NCBI RefSeq assembly: GCF_018350175.1
Contig: NC_058368.1
Span: forward strand, 178,686,001 to 178,750,000
Direction of reading: 5' to 3'
Origin: Felis catus
Taxonomy: Eukaryota
Length of the DNA: 64,000 nucleotides
In this document: positions 45,617-57,836 of the stretch, in pieces
Layout: each line of letters begins with the position of its first letter
Position numbering within the stretch: position 1 is the stretch's first letter
The notes under the pieces: generated by a model
Database searches by the model: none
Told to the model about the DNA's origin: nothing
The model's input: the letters and a program-made list of their open reading frames with translations, nothing else
Made by a program: the position numbers and the translations under genes

Positions 45617-46986
45617 TTGCCTTCTCAAAGTTTTTGGCTTCAAGACCACTAGGTATTCATAGAAAATATTGAGGACTCTATTTGAATCCATAGTTACTGT
45701 ATTAGAAATATAAATAAAAAAATTTAAAAAACACTTATCAATTATACAAAAAAGAAGCACAATACGCATCAAGACATAATGTTTTATACAAAAGGCTATA
45801 TTTTCCAAAACCAAACAATTATGACAAAGATGACATCACTTTATGTTTGTATAAATCTCTTTAATGTTTGGCTTACTAGAAAGCAATTGAATTCTTGTAT
45901 CTCCTTCTGCATTCAGTCTGGTTATTTTTTTTTTTTTTTTGAAGTATATTGAAAAATAAGTGATGCTTTGCTGTTATTTTGAAGCATTTCTTTGTATAGC
46001 AGATTTTCTGAAACTGGCAATAATATTACCAATCTCATCAGGAGTCTTTAAACACTCAGAAGTTGTCACCCCCACCACGGCACATATACATTTCCCAAAA
46101 TTCTTTTTTGTTTGTTTGTTTGTTTTTGCATAAAAGCTCTAATTTTATCAATGCATCCAATCCTGTCAGGCTTTCTTGAATTGACAGGTTTACTTCATTT
46201 TGTTTTCAAAACAATGCTGTCAAGTACTCAAGATGGAGTAACCACAGTTGTCTGTCAGGTGTTCTTTCAGGTGAAAATGGCGTGTCATGGAGAAAGTGGC
46301 TAGTTCAGCTTGCAACTCAGACTGTGGCACACTCGATCCTCCTGGAGTCAACCATTGTACACAGATGAACTTCAAATGTAGCCCTTCTGCATTGGGTATT
46401 CTTCCTGTTTTATTCCACAGAATATTAAGGACATATGGGCTCCAGGGTTGAGATGTAGTAAGACTAGTAATCTGTACTGTGTCATCAAGAGCATTCTTGA
46501 GTGAAACTAGCTTTTCTCCCTCCGTGTGAATGGTGGTGAAGAAGACAGTGACCAACAGTGCAATGTGAGGCTACCACCTTGATTCCCTCTGAGCTTTAGT
46601 ACTTTGATCCCCTATCACTTCTGTACTATCAGTGCAAATGTCAACACAGTAAAGAAGGCAAATGATGTTTTAGTATTATCATTAAGAGTTTTGACCCTGC
46701 AGATCCTCTGTGGGGACCCCCAGGGGTTCTCAGATCACTCTTTGAATTTTTTTTTTAATGTTTATTCATTTTTGAGAGACAGAGAGAGACAGAGCGTGAG
46801 TGGAGGCAGGGCAGAGAAAGAGGGAGACACAGAATCCCAAGCAAGCTCCAGGCTCTGAGCTGAAAGTACAGAGCCTGACGTGGGGCTCAAACTCGTGGAC
46901 CATGAGATCATGACCTGAGCTGAAGCCAGACGTTTAACTGACTGAGCCACCCAGGCACCCTTCAGATCACTCTTTGAAAACCAGTG
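45617..46986. mobile_element. Charlie1 (Charlie1a-like) non-autonomous hAT DNA transposon, interrupted by a SINE
   Basis: Left end ttctcaaagtttttggcttcaagacc...aatattgaggac; right end gcaaatgtcaacacagtaaagaaggcaaat...ggggacccccagggg...ctttgaaaaccagtg; no intact transposase ORF. Confidence 0.85.
46747..46961 (-). mobile_element. Felid Can-SINE inserted in Charlie1
   Basis: 17-bp perfect TSD tcagatcactctttgaa at 46730-46746 and 46962-46978. Confidence 0.97.
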
Positions 46987-47585
46987 CCCTGTAGCATAGA
47001 ACAAAGTAATGGAACTGCTGACCACATCTTTATTTTGTTCAAAGACCTTTTCTACCCTGAAACTCACTTGAGCCTCTGGAATCTAACTTCTATGAAGGCA
47101 GAAAGTCTTTGTTTTCAGAATTGGGCAGTGCCTACGTGTGAGATGCCAATAAATAATTAGAAAGATTATTAAGAAGAAAGGTCTTAAATACTTAGAAATG
47201 CTATAAACTGTTAGAAAGATTATAAATTATTTGAAAGATTATTAAAAAGACTTAGAAAGATGGTTTAAATTCAAGGTAAGTAAACAAAATAATGTATGCT
47301 TTTGATCTCTTCTGAAAAAAGTATTAGCTAAATGGATATAATAAAATATTTAGCTTAAGAGAAACAGCACTCTGAGCCTCACTTTTTTTATCTGTAAAAT
47401 GTGCACAATTTAATCTGCTACTTATCAAACTTTTCCATCTGAGGATTTTATAGAGCAAAGGAAAAACAAACAGGTATTTCTTGTGTTAGCCAGAAGCAAT
47501 CTGCATTGAGCAAACACACTTTCTGAAATTTCCTGTTTTATTTACTACAGTTTTGGGGGACCTTGAAATTCTAGTCCACAGAACA

Positions 47586-47653
47586 CCTTCCTTCCTTCCT
47601 TCCATCCTTCCTTCCTTCCTTCCTTCCTTCCTTCCTTCCTTCCTTCCTTCCTT
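47586..47653. repeat. (CCTT)n microsatellite
   Basis: About 17 units with one CCAT interruption. Confidence 0.95.
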
Positions 47654-50131
47654 TTTTGTAGGAGCAAAACCAAAAGTCTGTTCTAAAAGGAGGCTGATGG
47701 CCTGCCTGGAGGCAAGGGAAGAACCATATAACCCTTTTGAGCCCGGGACTATGTCTGGAAGAGCTTGGTCCTGGTAGATTTTCAACTAAGAAATGAGAGT
47801 TCTTGCCCAGAAGGAAGAAATAGGCCTGGAAGTACGCATCAGGGCAACATAGAGGTCACAGATGACTCCCCTCCCCACCCCAGAGGACTTAGTGTCACAT
47901 GAGATGTCTGGTCTCAGGGCACTGCATTCTGGCCACAGGAAAGCTGGATGAGTTGTACAATGCAAACAATTGGAGTCTGGAAAGCATAATATGACTCAGG
48001 TGACTCTGAGGCATCACATGAGGAATCCAAGGCTCAAGAAGCTTGAATAACTTGTCCTAAGTCACATGGCAAGGCAGGTGACAGAGCTGGACCCGGCACT
48101 ATAGCAGAGCCTGGTGGGTAACATGTATGAGATAAGTGGACCTGGTGGGAAACACCTGTCCGTCTCTAGGAAGCAGCTGTTACTCAAGGCTCAAAATGTC
48201 AGCTTACTCTTTCCAAATCTTCCATATCTTTCCAGATCTTTTTCAAATGGAAGCAGGAAATGTGTTTTGTTATGTGAAATTCCTCAATTTCGAATGATGG
48301 CAATTCATGCAATAAATTTAAAGACCCATGTGGGTCATACACAGTCAGGGGTCACCATCATGTCTGTGTGTGCTTTCTTCTGAAAGGAGAAATGTTGTGA
48401 ATTATGCTGGAGAGATAAATGAAAGCTCTTGAAGATTAAGACGAGCCCAATAGGTGAAGAGCCTTCAGATATAAACAAACCTTGGCTTTATAGCTGCTCT
48501 CAAACTGATATTTAGAGATTTGGGTTGAGACAAATTGAGTAATCCTATATACACCCGAGTGACATATTTCAATATTTAGGCTACAGACTAGGCTTTGATC
48601 TAGCCAGGAACAGCAAGAACTTGGGGAAAAAGTCAAGTGAAAGTTAGCAGTCCTGATCGTTTAGGGTTGCAATTAAGTTAGATAGGAAAGAATCGTGTTC
48701 TGAGGATTTTTCCCTCGCAAACCAAAGCAAAGGGGATGTGAAATAGCAATCAGAGGCAACGCACTTCTGGAAAATGCTGAGTAATGAAGCGCCTATAGAA
48801 ACAAATCCAACAAAGCAACTTGAAAATTAAAGAGAAGCTGGGTTGATGTCCTCTTCCTTAGTTTAGCCAAAAAACTCCAGCAAAGCGACAATGCCAACCC
48901 ATCGTGGCTCTCAGGGGACCTGGTTCCAATCTCAGTCCTGCCCCCCACACCACCTGACCCGTCACTCTCCCTGCTAGCTGCTATGATCTGTTCCATGATG
49001 GGAACCTCACTGAGCTTCAGGGCTTCCGTGGATGAAATGGGAACTGTAGTACCTGGGGAGAGGGCTGTTAGAAGGAAGGAGAGAGAGAGAAACATCACAG
49101 CTCTCCCTTGCTGAATGCTTGCTGAATGTCAGGCATGAATCATCTCACTTTGTCTCATTACACCCACATTCCTGCCTCCATCATTGTTGTCAAGAGGTTT
49201 ATAAGCCCCTCGCATGTAAAATAGTGCCATTTGTATTATCGTTTTCATTATAGATGATGTGTATGCCTCGTAGGCCAGGGCAGGGGGCAGCTTCTCTAAG
49301 TCCTATTATTGAAGCCCTGGGAAGCCTCCCTTAACCACGCAAGAATCCTAAACAATCTTGCCCGGGGAGAACCATCCTCGAGAACAGACGTATGCTCTCT
49401 TGTCTTTATATTCTAACCCTTGAATTGTAGTAAGCAATTTGAAATGAAAGTAGACTGTCTTTCTGGGTAAGTAGATTTGAAGATTTATCTTTTAGATCTA
49501 CCCATCTCTCATATAATGCTTGCCCCAGCACTGGGAATAGAGTACCTGCTACATAAATGTCGCAGAAAGTAAGTTTATTGTGTTTCTCCATTTTAGAAAA
49601 GTAATTTAAGTTTGTTATAATGAGCTTGGGAACTACAGGTGGTGGGAAGAAATGAGCTCTTAAGGGCAGCAGGTAATGCTAAGTGGTACAGGGGTCTTTG
49701 GAGAGCAAAATGCAAATCCCAGCCTAGAAACTGGAGGGTTGGAGGGTGGAAGCTTTCTTCACCAAACCCCAGGAGGCTGTGACGCACGGCTTATTTGTGT
49801 TTCAACATCATCTTGCTCATCTCAACATGTCCTGGGCGAACCATAGTGCCTGGCAGGAGGAAGATGCTCTGTAAAGTTCTAACTTCTGCTCAGAGTGTGT
49901 GCAGAAGTGCTGGGAACACGGGAGCTTCTGGTAGTCATAAGACCCATGAGGGACACTAGCAATTCGTGGGCAAGAGCTAGGGAATGCGAGGAACAGTCTT
50001 GCACCCCTAAAGGTCAGGAACACAGAGTTCTGTGTGCATGAATGCATGGAGTCTGGAAGAACACACAGCCTGAAAGCTAATGGTGTTAACCCTCTGGGCT
50101 GCAGAATCATGAGAGGTTTGGGGTTTTGTAT

Positions 50132-50234
50132 CCTTTTTTCTTTTCTTTTCTTTCCTTTCTTTTTCTTCCTTTCCTTTCCTCTATGTTCCTTTGCTTTCCT
50201 TTTCTTTCTTTCTTTCCTTTTTTTTTTTTTTTTT
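50132..50234. repeat. T/C-rich low-complexity polypyrimidine tract
   Basis: Imperfect (TTTC/TTTTC)n ending in poly(T). Confidence 0.9.
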
Positions 50235-50566
50235 GCTTTGTGCATCTGTATTTAAAAAAAATTTTTTTTCCTGGAAAAGAACTTAGGTGATGCATGTGAT
50301 GGGGTCAAGAAAAAAATAATGTATTTTCTTTCAGATTTTTTCTCTAAAGATAGGAATTATTTGCAAATGCAGCAGAAAGAATCACAGAGTGAAGAATGAA
50401 ATAATTGAAGGAAGTAATTTAACATTAAGAGAGTAATGATCAACGGTTGGAAACCCTCCTAAGGGGCAGCCTACTTGACCCCAGTGGAACCAAGAGGTGC
50501 ATAGAGTCTCTTCTCTTCCTCCTGGTCCCACCACAAGCAGGTGGCTACGTGAAATGTAGAAGGTAG

Positions 50567-50911
50567 CTTATCAGCCAGGGCGGGAACAGATGCTATCCCC
50601 GAGGCCAAGACCCACACAAAGGCCTCAGTCCCCACTTGTATTTCTAGCCCGTTCTCCCAAGATCCCTGACAGCCATCTGATAAGATGCATTTAGCTGTCT
50701 AGTTTGCATGGTCCTGACAATTTTCATTCAAAACATATGCAAATACTGGGGGCAGATTTCTGGGGATAGAGGCTGTGGTGAAATGCTTCTAAACTTTTAA
50801 CCAAATGAATCTATTAACCTCAAGAAGAGGAGCTTCTGATTTCAGACTCTATTTGCATCAAAAGGACAGTTAGACCCCTGTCTATTCTTTTCCTTATCTG
50901 GCGGCTTATCT
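50567..50911. promoter_or_regulatory. GATA plus octamer motif cluster (candidate enhancer)
   Basis: Four WGATAAG sites (50567, 50678, 50893, 50905) and two perfect octamers (ATGCAAAT at 50737, ATTTGCAT at 50851). Confidence 0.3.
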
Positions 50912-51412
50912 CATCTCTGGGAAGATGGCAATTAGCAGGGCGCCTGGTGACTTTCCCAAAGTCGCTGGGATCCTTGGCTCCTCGTGCGGTGGTGATGGCT
51001 ATGAGGCCCCTGAACTCTCCAGCCAGGCCCTGTGTGAGATGAAGCCTGGGCGGGCTCAGGGCACAATCCCAAGCCACTAGGTAGTGGTTGGAGCCAGCGC
51101 GCACCAGAAGCAGGCTCTCGGGTCCTCTGGGCACCTGCCTGGTGTGTTTATACAGTGGCAGGGTCGGCAGTTGAGGAATTAGCACACAAAGAGAACAGTG
51201 CTGCACAAACCCCGCTGATTAATTAATACTCTGACCACAGTGCATCTGGGGTGGTAACCCAATATGCTGCCAAGGGAAGGGGCTAATTTCCAGGGAGACC
51301 AGGATAATTTTTGCAGAGGCATTTCCTGCTTTCTTCCCCAGGCCTGGTGGGTTTAGGCTCTCGTCTCCTGAATCCCAGACTGGACATCCTACATTAGACC
51401 AGTGGCCTTGGG

Positions 51413-51725
51413 CAACACCAGCTTCACAGGCTTGCAACCAGTGCAGTCCCACGGGAGCTTACAGGAACCCTGACCTTAGTTTCATGCCCTGATGTCACCA
51501 CCTTGAAGTTCTTAACAATTTTTAAGGGGGAGGGGCAGAGAGAGAGAGAGAGAAGAGCACGACGCAGGACTCGAGCCCACAACCATGAAATCATGAACTG
51601 AGCCAAAATCAAGAGCCAGATGCTTAACTGACCCAGCCACCCAAGCGCCCGTCTTAATAATTTTTTAACGAAGTTCCTCCTTGTTCAGCCTGCACCATGC
51701 CCCACAAACCATGTAGCCAGTCCTG
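51413..51725. mobile_element. MER91A-like hAT-Tip100 DNA transposon, interrupted by a SINE
   Basis: ccagcttcacagg...tgtgcagtc-like segment...gtcaccaccttgaagttcttaataatttttt...gccccacaaaccatgtagccagtcctg. Confidence 0.75.
51525..51650 (-). mobile_element. Short Can-SINE lacking the middle segment and poly(A) tail
   Basis: tRNA-like head intact; (CT)n then gcccctcccc runs straight into the TSD tcttaacaattttt / tcttaataattttt. Confidence 0.88.
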
Positions 51726-52079
51726 GGCGTGGGTGACAGCATGGGGCCCTGGGGATTGCCAGAGTACCTGCAGCTTCTCAAAGACCTTTCCAATTATCTC
51801 CACATTCCACACTCTCAGGTACCTGTTGCCTTCACCCAAAGATTCTGTCACACACCTCCCTGTCTTTGCACTTCATGTTCCTTGTGCCTCATAAACTTTC
51901 CCCTTTCCTCATCCTCCTGTAGACTCCTGTTCATCCTTCAAAACCCCAGAGCAGAATCTTCCCCGCCCCCCCCCCCCCAAATGAAGATTGCTTTAAAATC
52001 CTGCAGGCAGAGTTTGCCCCATCCTCAGTGCTTTCAGAGCCCCTTAATGCTTCCATTGGTGCTTTTGGTGAACTACATC

Positions 52080-52150
52080 ATGCTTCTGGTCTCCCGGGAT
52101 GCTTTGGTGATGCTTTGGTGATGCTTTGGTGATGCTTCTGTCTCCCGGGA
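52080..52150. repeat. Compound local duplication
   Basis: atgcttctg(g)tctcccggga twice, flanking (tgctttggtga)x3. Confidence 0.9.
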
Positions 52151-53549
52151 GTGTTTAAAAATATTTACCAATTGGTATGGCAGAAGCATCGACCGATGAG
52201 AGTTGATGGAAGGAGGCCAGACACAGACAAGGAGCAAGATCTCTGGAGGACCCCCCATGGGACCTGGGGTTAACCCTTCCCTTTCTGGTTCATGGGAGTC
52301 AGAGGGCTTTAGGAGCCCAGGGCAGAGTGTAGTTGATCAACTATTAGGGAGTATTTCAACTTTTCAAAGTGTGTATTGTTGTCCTGGTGCATCCTGGTTG
52401 ACCTGCAGAGCCGAGAGCTCCCCACTCAGAAATGAGCTGACTTTCAGCACAGGCCTTGTGTGGTTCATCTCTCCGTGCAGGTGTCTGGGACAAGGGTTGG
52501 TCCAGAGCTAGTACTCAGAAGAGGAGGATGGAGGGGGTGGGAAATGATCTGCGGTAGCTGGGTTCCGGGGCATCCTTCTCGGGGGTTAGGGAATAAGGAG
52601 ACTGCTCTGAAATCAGGAGGCATCCATTTCTCCAGCGTTCCCCAAAGGATCCTCTACAGGGAATGAGTCCAGCATATTATAAGGTGTCCTGCAGTAGCTG
52701 GGAGAAAACACAAGAAAAAGGAGTCAGTCTCAGGCCATATACATACAACTGACGAGTTACTATTACAGAAACACACACACCTACATACAAACATACACAA
52801 TCTATAGATGTGTGCTATTCACACACGCCACCTACTCCCCAATGTACCCCCACATACCCTAAAGCTGGGAGTGACCCACAGAATCCAAAGAATGGCCAAG
52901 GCAGCCTTCCATGCTGGGTTGGAAGGGTGGCCAGAGGGTAGGGGTGGCAGGAGTTCCCTGGAGACAGAGCAGCTTGGTGCTGGAAGGGTCTGGAGAAGCA
53001 GAGGCAGGAGCAGAGGGCACCAAGGAGGGGCTGGTTAAACAGGGGGTGCAGTGAGGCACCACCCTGGCTGGGGCAGAGCATGGATCTCAGGAGGTCATGG
53101 GGCAGGAGGGTGCAGAGGGGAAGGTTATGTAAAGAGGAGAGTGTGGAGCAGGGAGGAGGCTGGCATTGTGCAGAGAACCTTCCATACAGCAAGCGTATGC
53201 TAGGTACCTTGCAGACATCATAACTTCTCGTTCTCACTGTAACCCTCTGAGGTGTGAATGATGATCTCATTTCACAGACCGTGGGCAAACTCATGAAGTG
53301 GCTTGCCCAGGGCTGCAAAGCCATGGATTGGAGCCCACATGTAGACCCAGGTCTTCTGGGCTCCTAAATCCCCTGTTATTTCCACCTTGCACTCAGCGGG
53401 TAGAGCTGTGTATAGTGACCTTTATTCCCTGCCCCATACTTCTCCTCTTCCCAAAGGACGCACTGGAGTGTCTGCCCCTTATTATATCTCCACAAACTCT
53501 AATTGGGAACAAGTGGGTAATACAGCAGTGTAAGGGATTTTGGCCAGAG

Positions 53550-54048
53550 CCAGGTTTCTCAACTTCGACACTGTTGTCATTTGGGGCTGGATCATTCTTT
53601 GTTATTTGAGGCTATCCTGTGCCTTATAGGATGGTTTTTTTTTTGTTTTTAAATGTTTATTTATATATTTTGAGACACACACACACACAGAGCAAGCGGA
53701 GGGTGGGGAAAGAGGCAGAGAGAAAAGGGAGAGAGAGAAAAAGAGAGAGAGAGAGAGCGAGAATCCCAAGCAGGTTCTGTGCTGTCAGAGCTCAGCCTGA
53801 CAGAGTTCCATCTCATGAACTGTGGGATAATAACCTGAGCTAAAGTCAAGTGTCAGATGCTTAACCAACTGAGCTACACAGGTGCCCCTTGTAGGATGTT
53901 TAAAAGCCTCTTTGGCTACTAGCATCATTCCTTCTTCTCTACCCCCAGTTGTGACAACGAAAAATGTCTCCAGGTATTTCCAAATATCCCCTGGGCGGGG
54001 GGGGGGGGGGGTTGACAAAAGTTGAACCCCATTAGTTGAGAACTGCTG
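53550..54048 (-). mobile_element. MER20 DNA transposon interrupted by a SINE
   Basis: caggtttctcaacttcgacactgttgtcattt...ccagttgtgacaacgaaaaatgtctccag...gttgagaactgctg; internal G run expanded. Confidence 0.9.
53635..53888 (-). mobile_element. Felid Can-SINE inserted in MER20
   Basis: Typical body; TSD ccttataggatg / ccttgtaggatg. Confidence 0.94.
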
Positions 54049-54769
54049 GGTTAGACAGATGGCTAGCTTATGAGGATCTAGAGGGGATTTTACAAGTCTC
54101 CTAGCCCCTCTGCATTGATTTCCAGCACTCCAGCAGAAACATGTCCCTCTTGCTTAGGTGATGATGAGTCAGGCTAAGCAGCAGGGGGGTTGACACCATG
54201 ACCTCCGGAGGGCCTTCTGGGCAGCCTTGCTGATCTGGGCGGGCACCGGCCCCGCCCTCCCCCATGGGCGACTGGGCTCCCATAGAGCGACCTTGTCCAG
54301 CAGCGCTCTTCCTCCTGCACCCCCAGGACGGCAGACCCAACAGCCAATTATGAAAATGAAAAATCCAGGTCTTGGCCTCAAATGAGTATTTTCCTTTGGT
54401 GCTTTGATTCTCCTGTAATAAGCGCCTGGTCACCAAGGAATCCCAGGAATGTGGCCTTGATAATAAAAATAGGCACCTGGCCCAGAGGGGCCCACTCACT
54501 GGACTGGCACAGAGGCCTGGACAGGCGGCCTCCAAGTCCACAGCTGCCCCTCCCCTGCTGGGCAGGGGCACTTGCTGAAACTGCCTGTCCCCTTTCAGCC
54601 CTGGGCCTGTTTCTACATCCTTCTTCCAGAGCCTCGCTGCAGCTCCTGCCTCCTTAGGAAAGTGAGAAGCCTTATAAATGTGTGGCTTCATATCAAGAGA
54701 AACAAAACCCAACACTTCCACCTCCAACCTAACATGGTTTGATTGTTTACTTCCTCGTATGCTATCACC

Positions 54770-54870
54770 AAAAATGATACTCTTCTCATTTCCATTTTAA
54801 AGAGGAAGAAGTTGAGGCACAGAGAGGTTAAGTCACTGGCCCAAGGGCTCACAGCTGACAAGTAGCTTTG
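54770..54870 (-). mobile_element. MIR core
   Basis: ccattttaaagaggaagaagttgaggcacagagaggttaagtcactggcccaagg. Confidence 0.8.
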
Positions 54871-56089
54871 CTGGGTTGTGAACTCAGACAGTTGTTTCAG
54901 CTTCATCTGCCAGGTGACCAGATTGTCTGGGGCCCTGGGGCTGACACCAGGGGTACAGGAGATCTTGACTTCGAGTGTACCCTCCCTGGGTGGCTGGGAG
55001 GGTGATGAGCTCCGTAGGAGACTGAGAACTCTGGTCGCTCCATGTCTCCCTGACTGCAGGAGTCTTACTCTGTAAAACAGGAGGGTTGATGGGGAGGAAG
55101 GGCTATGTGGCCAGGCTGCCCAGGGAATCCACCTTCCTCGGAGCTCCTCCCGAGATCCTAATTCTTTCATATTTTACCCCAAAAGAGCATGCTCCCAATT
55201 CAGGATGCCAGTCGATGGCATTTCCCCAGGAATAAGTATAGGGAGGTAGTGTAGGGCTTAGCCTTGGATCCTCAGAGGGTAGGGTTAGGGCCATTTCTGC
55301 TATTTGATACTATGTGCTCTCAGCCAAGTTACCGAACACATGGGCCTTCTCATCTATATTTTGGAGCAAATGAAACCAACTTCTAGAGTTGTGCCATTCA
55401 ATGAGAAAATGAATGTGGAGCCTTGCACACTGGGCACACTGGGCATACTTAGAACACTGGGACCCTCTAGAGTTGTTTGATTATTATTTTGATGGAAGAG
55501 GTAGGGCATCATCTAAGGCCCTTGGGCCCTGAGGCAGGTGGCCAAACGTCTCTGGGACTCAGCTGGCTCACCTATAAAATAAGGGAAACACTGAAGTTCC
55601 ATTTCAGGGCATAGGGAGCGTCGGGAGGTGGGGACACACGTGCAGAGGCCCAGAGGTGGGCACCGCGCTGGCTGGTTCAGGATTCCAGGTAATGAGGATG
55701 CCCAGGTAGGGATACAGGAAGGGCGTTCACAAGAGTTCCGGCTACAAAGTGGGCTGGCTCCAGTTTTGAGACTGAGATCCTTTCCTGGCTTCTGGAGCCC
55801 AGGGACTTGTAAGTATAAGAGACAGTGACACAACCGAAATGGTTGTTGACTCTGTGCTTTGTCCCCAGCACCCCTGGGGCCCGGAGCTGGGTTCCTACAG
55901 GAGTGAAGTTCTGCAGAGTGAAGTGAAGTGAACAGCCTAGAGAGGCCAGGAACAATTCCAGGGTGGGAGGCTCCAGGGGCAGGTATCTCCTCTTCCCCTG
56001 TGCCCTGGTCCCTCTCCCACAAACACTATCATGTGGCTGATTGTGGGCACCGAGAACCTAGGGCAGCGACTGGACTGGAGCACAAGACT

Positions 56090-56340
56090 ACTAATAATAG
56101 CCACTAGTTATCAAGGGCTTTGTATGTACCAGGTACCAAGCTAAAATCTTCCCGGGCATTGTCTCATTTCATCCTTACCAGGGCTCTCTGGCATAAGGAT
56201 CGTGTTCCCTGTTTCATGAAGAACTTAAGGTTCAGAGAGGTTAAGCACTTTGCTCAAGGTCACACAGCTGGCACATGCTAGGACCAGGATTCAGCTACAG
56301 GTGAGCCAATCGAAAGGCTTTAACTTGTACACTCTTTGCA
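56090..56340 (-). mobile_element. MIR SINE
   Basis: taataatagcc...tctcatttcatcctta...aggttcagagaggttaagcactttgctcaaggtcacacagct. Confidence 0.8.
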
Positions 56341-56484
56341 GCCCTTCCAGAGACCTGTTTCTCTTAAACTTGTGATTAAGGTAAGGCAAGCACCCTATGA
56401 ACCTCCTTTCAAGCTCCCTGAAGAGTTTATCCTACTGCATTTGGAGTTAAGTCAGTTCAAGCCATAGGGAGTGACTTCTGTAAA

Positions 56485-56889
56485 CTGTATTTTCTATATC
56501 CAATGTTCTGAGACACATCATCTTCTTTTATTTATTTATTTTTTTAATGTTTATTTTTGAGAGAGGGAGAGACAGAGTGTGAGTGGGGGAGAGGCAGAGA
56601 AAGAAGAAGACACAGAATCTGAAGCAGGCTCCAGGCTCTGAGCTGTCAGTACAGAGCCTGACGCAGGGCTCAGACTCATGAACTGTGAGATCATGACCTG
56701 AGCCGAAGTCAGATGCTTAACTGACTGAGCCACCCAGGCGCCCCCATATCATCTATTTGAAGATGCATTGTTGGTTTAATGATGAACTTTGGAGAGGAAA
56801 TAAAGGAAGGGCACATTAATCTAATGTTCCCAAATTCTTCCACTTTATATCATGGGTATATGACCATCTTAGGATGGAGGAAATACTGG
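56485..56889. mobile_element. Possible Tc1/mariner (Tigger-like) MITE relic interrupted by a SINE
   Basis: Imperfect termini ctgtattttc... / ...catcttaggatggaggaaatactg; weak. Confidence 0.3.
56526..56744 (-). mobile_element. Felid Can-SINE
   Basis: Full body ending cccaggcgcccc; TSD cacatcatct / catatcatct. Confidence 0.95.
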
Positions 56890-57084
56890 GCCAGGATCTG
56901 TGTTGAACCCATGATGTAATAATAAGGTGTACAGGAAAATTCATGCATTTATCTATTCTTTCCAGAACACATGCATTTTGTATGTATTTTTTATTAAAGT
57001 GTAATTTACATATGGTAACATGTGCACGTATTAACTGAACTCCTTCCTATGTGTACACCCACATAACCACCATCTCTTCAATGA

Positions 57085-57615
57085 CTGTTTATTAAGCTCT
57101 AGTTTGAAGGCCAGGGATACAATGATGACCATCATTGGCAAGGTCTCCTCCCTCCACGGGGTGCAAAGTCCAGCAGAGAAGAAAACAACAACCAAGTAAA
57201 CAAGTCCACAAATTATTACAATAGTTCTTGTTCCACAAATTATTGCAACGGTTTTTGTATTACGAGAAAAACCAAGTGGTGTGTGAAGATGAAGAAGAAA
57301 GAGGAAGAGTCTCTGTTTTGCATGAGGGGAGAGGAATCTCTCCTGCAGGCAGCTGGCCCTTGAAAAATTAAAGTTTGTGGTTTACAGGGGAAAACATTAC
57401 AGGCAGGGAGGACAGAAAGTGTGAGGTCCCTGAGATGCAAAGAGCTGGCGTTTGAGAAGGTCAGTGAAACTGGTAAGATGTGGGTAACAGGGAGAGGTGG
57501 GCATTGACCAAGATATGCCTGGCCTCAACAAACATGGCAGGGAGTTGGGCATTGCTTCCGTGTACAGATGCATCCTACCTAGTGGTATTGATGGTATGGT
57601 TGAGAGGTCAGAGAA
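57085..57615 (-). mobile_element. L2 LINE fragment
   Basis: ttttattaagctctag...gggatacaatgatgac...acattacaggcagggaggacagaaagtgtgaggtccctgag. Confidence 0.55.
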
Positions 57616-57637
57616 GACTTCACAATGTGGTAACTTC

Positions 57638-57836
57638 TTTTTTATTATTATTTTTTTTAGAGAAAGGGGGGAGGGAGCAGAGAGAGAGAGAGAGAGACAG
57701 AGAGAGAGAGAACCTCAAGCAGACTCCATGCTCAGTACAGAGCCCCACGTGGGTCTCGATTCTACGACCCTGGGATCATGACTTGAGCTGAAATCAAGAG
57801 TTGGACGCTCAACTGGCTGAGTCACCCAGGTACCCC
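57638..57836 (-). mobile_element. Can-SINE, older subfamily
   Basis: Typical body; TSD gtggtaacttc at 57627-57637 and 57841-57851. Confidence 0.93.

Noticed and set aside
45617..46986. Possible domesticated or active hAT transposase
   Set aside because: The element is internally deleted, stop-ridden and SINE-interrupted; only short ORFs with no intact transposase.
49817..50295. Lys/Arg-rich and Phe-rich ORFs
   Set aside because: Translations of the polypyrimidine low-complexity tract.
52080..52150. Repeat-spacer-repeat pattern suggestive of CRISPR
   Set aside because: Only two ~20-bp repeats, the spacer is itself a tandem repeat, there are no cas genes, and the DNA is mammalian.
54101..54727. 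Longest ORF in the track (208 aa, minus strand)
   Set aside because: No recognisable domain, non-ATG start and GC-rich sequence where long chance ORFs are expected; no supporting exon structure.
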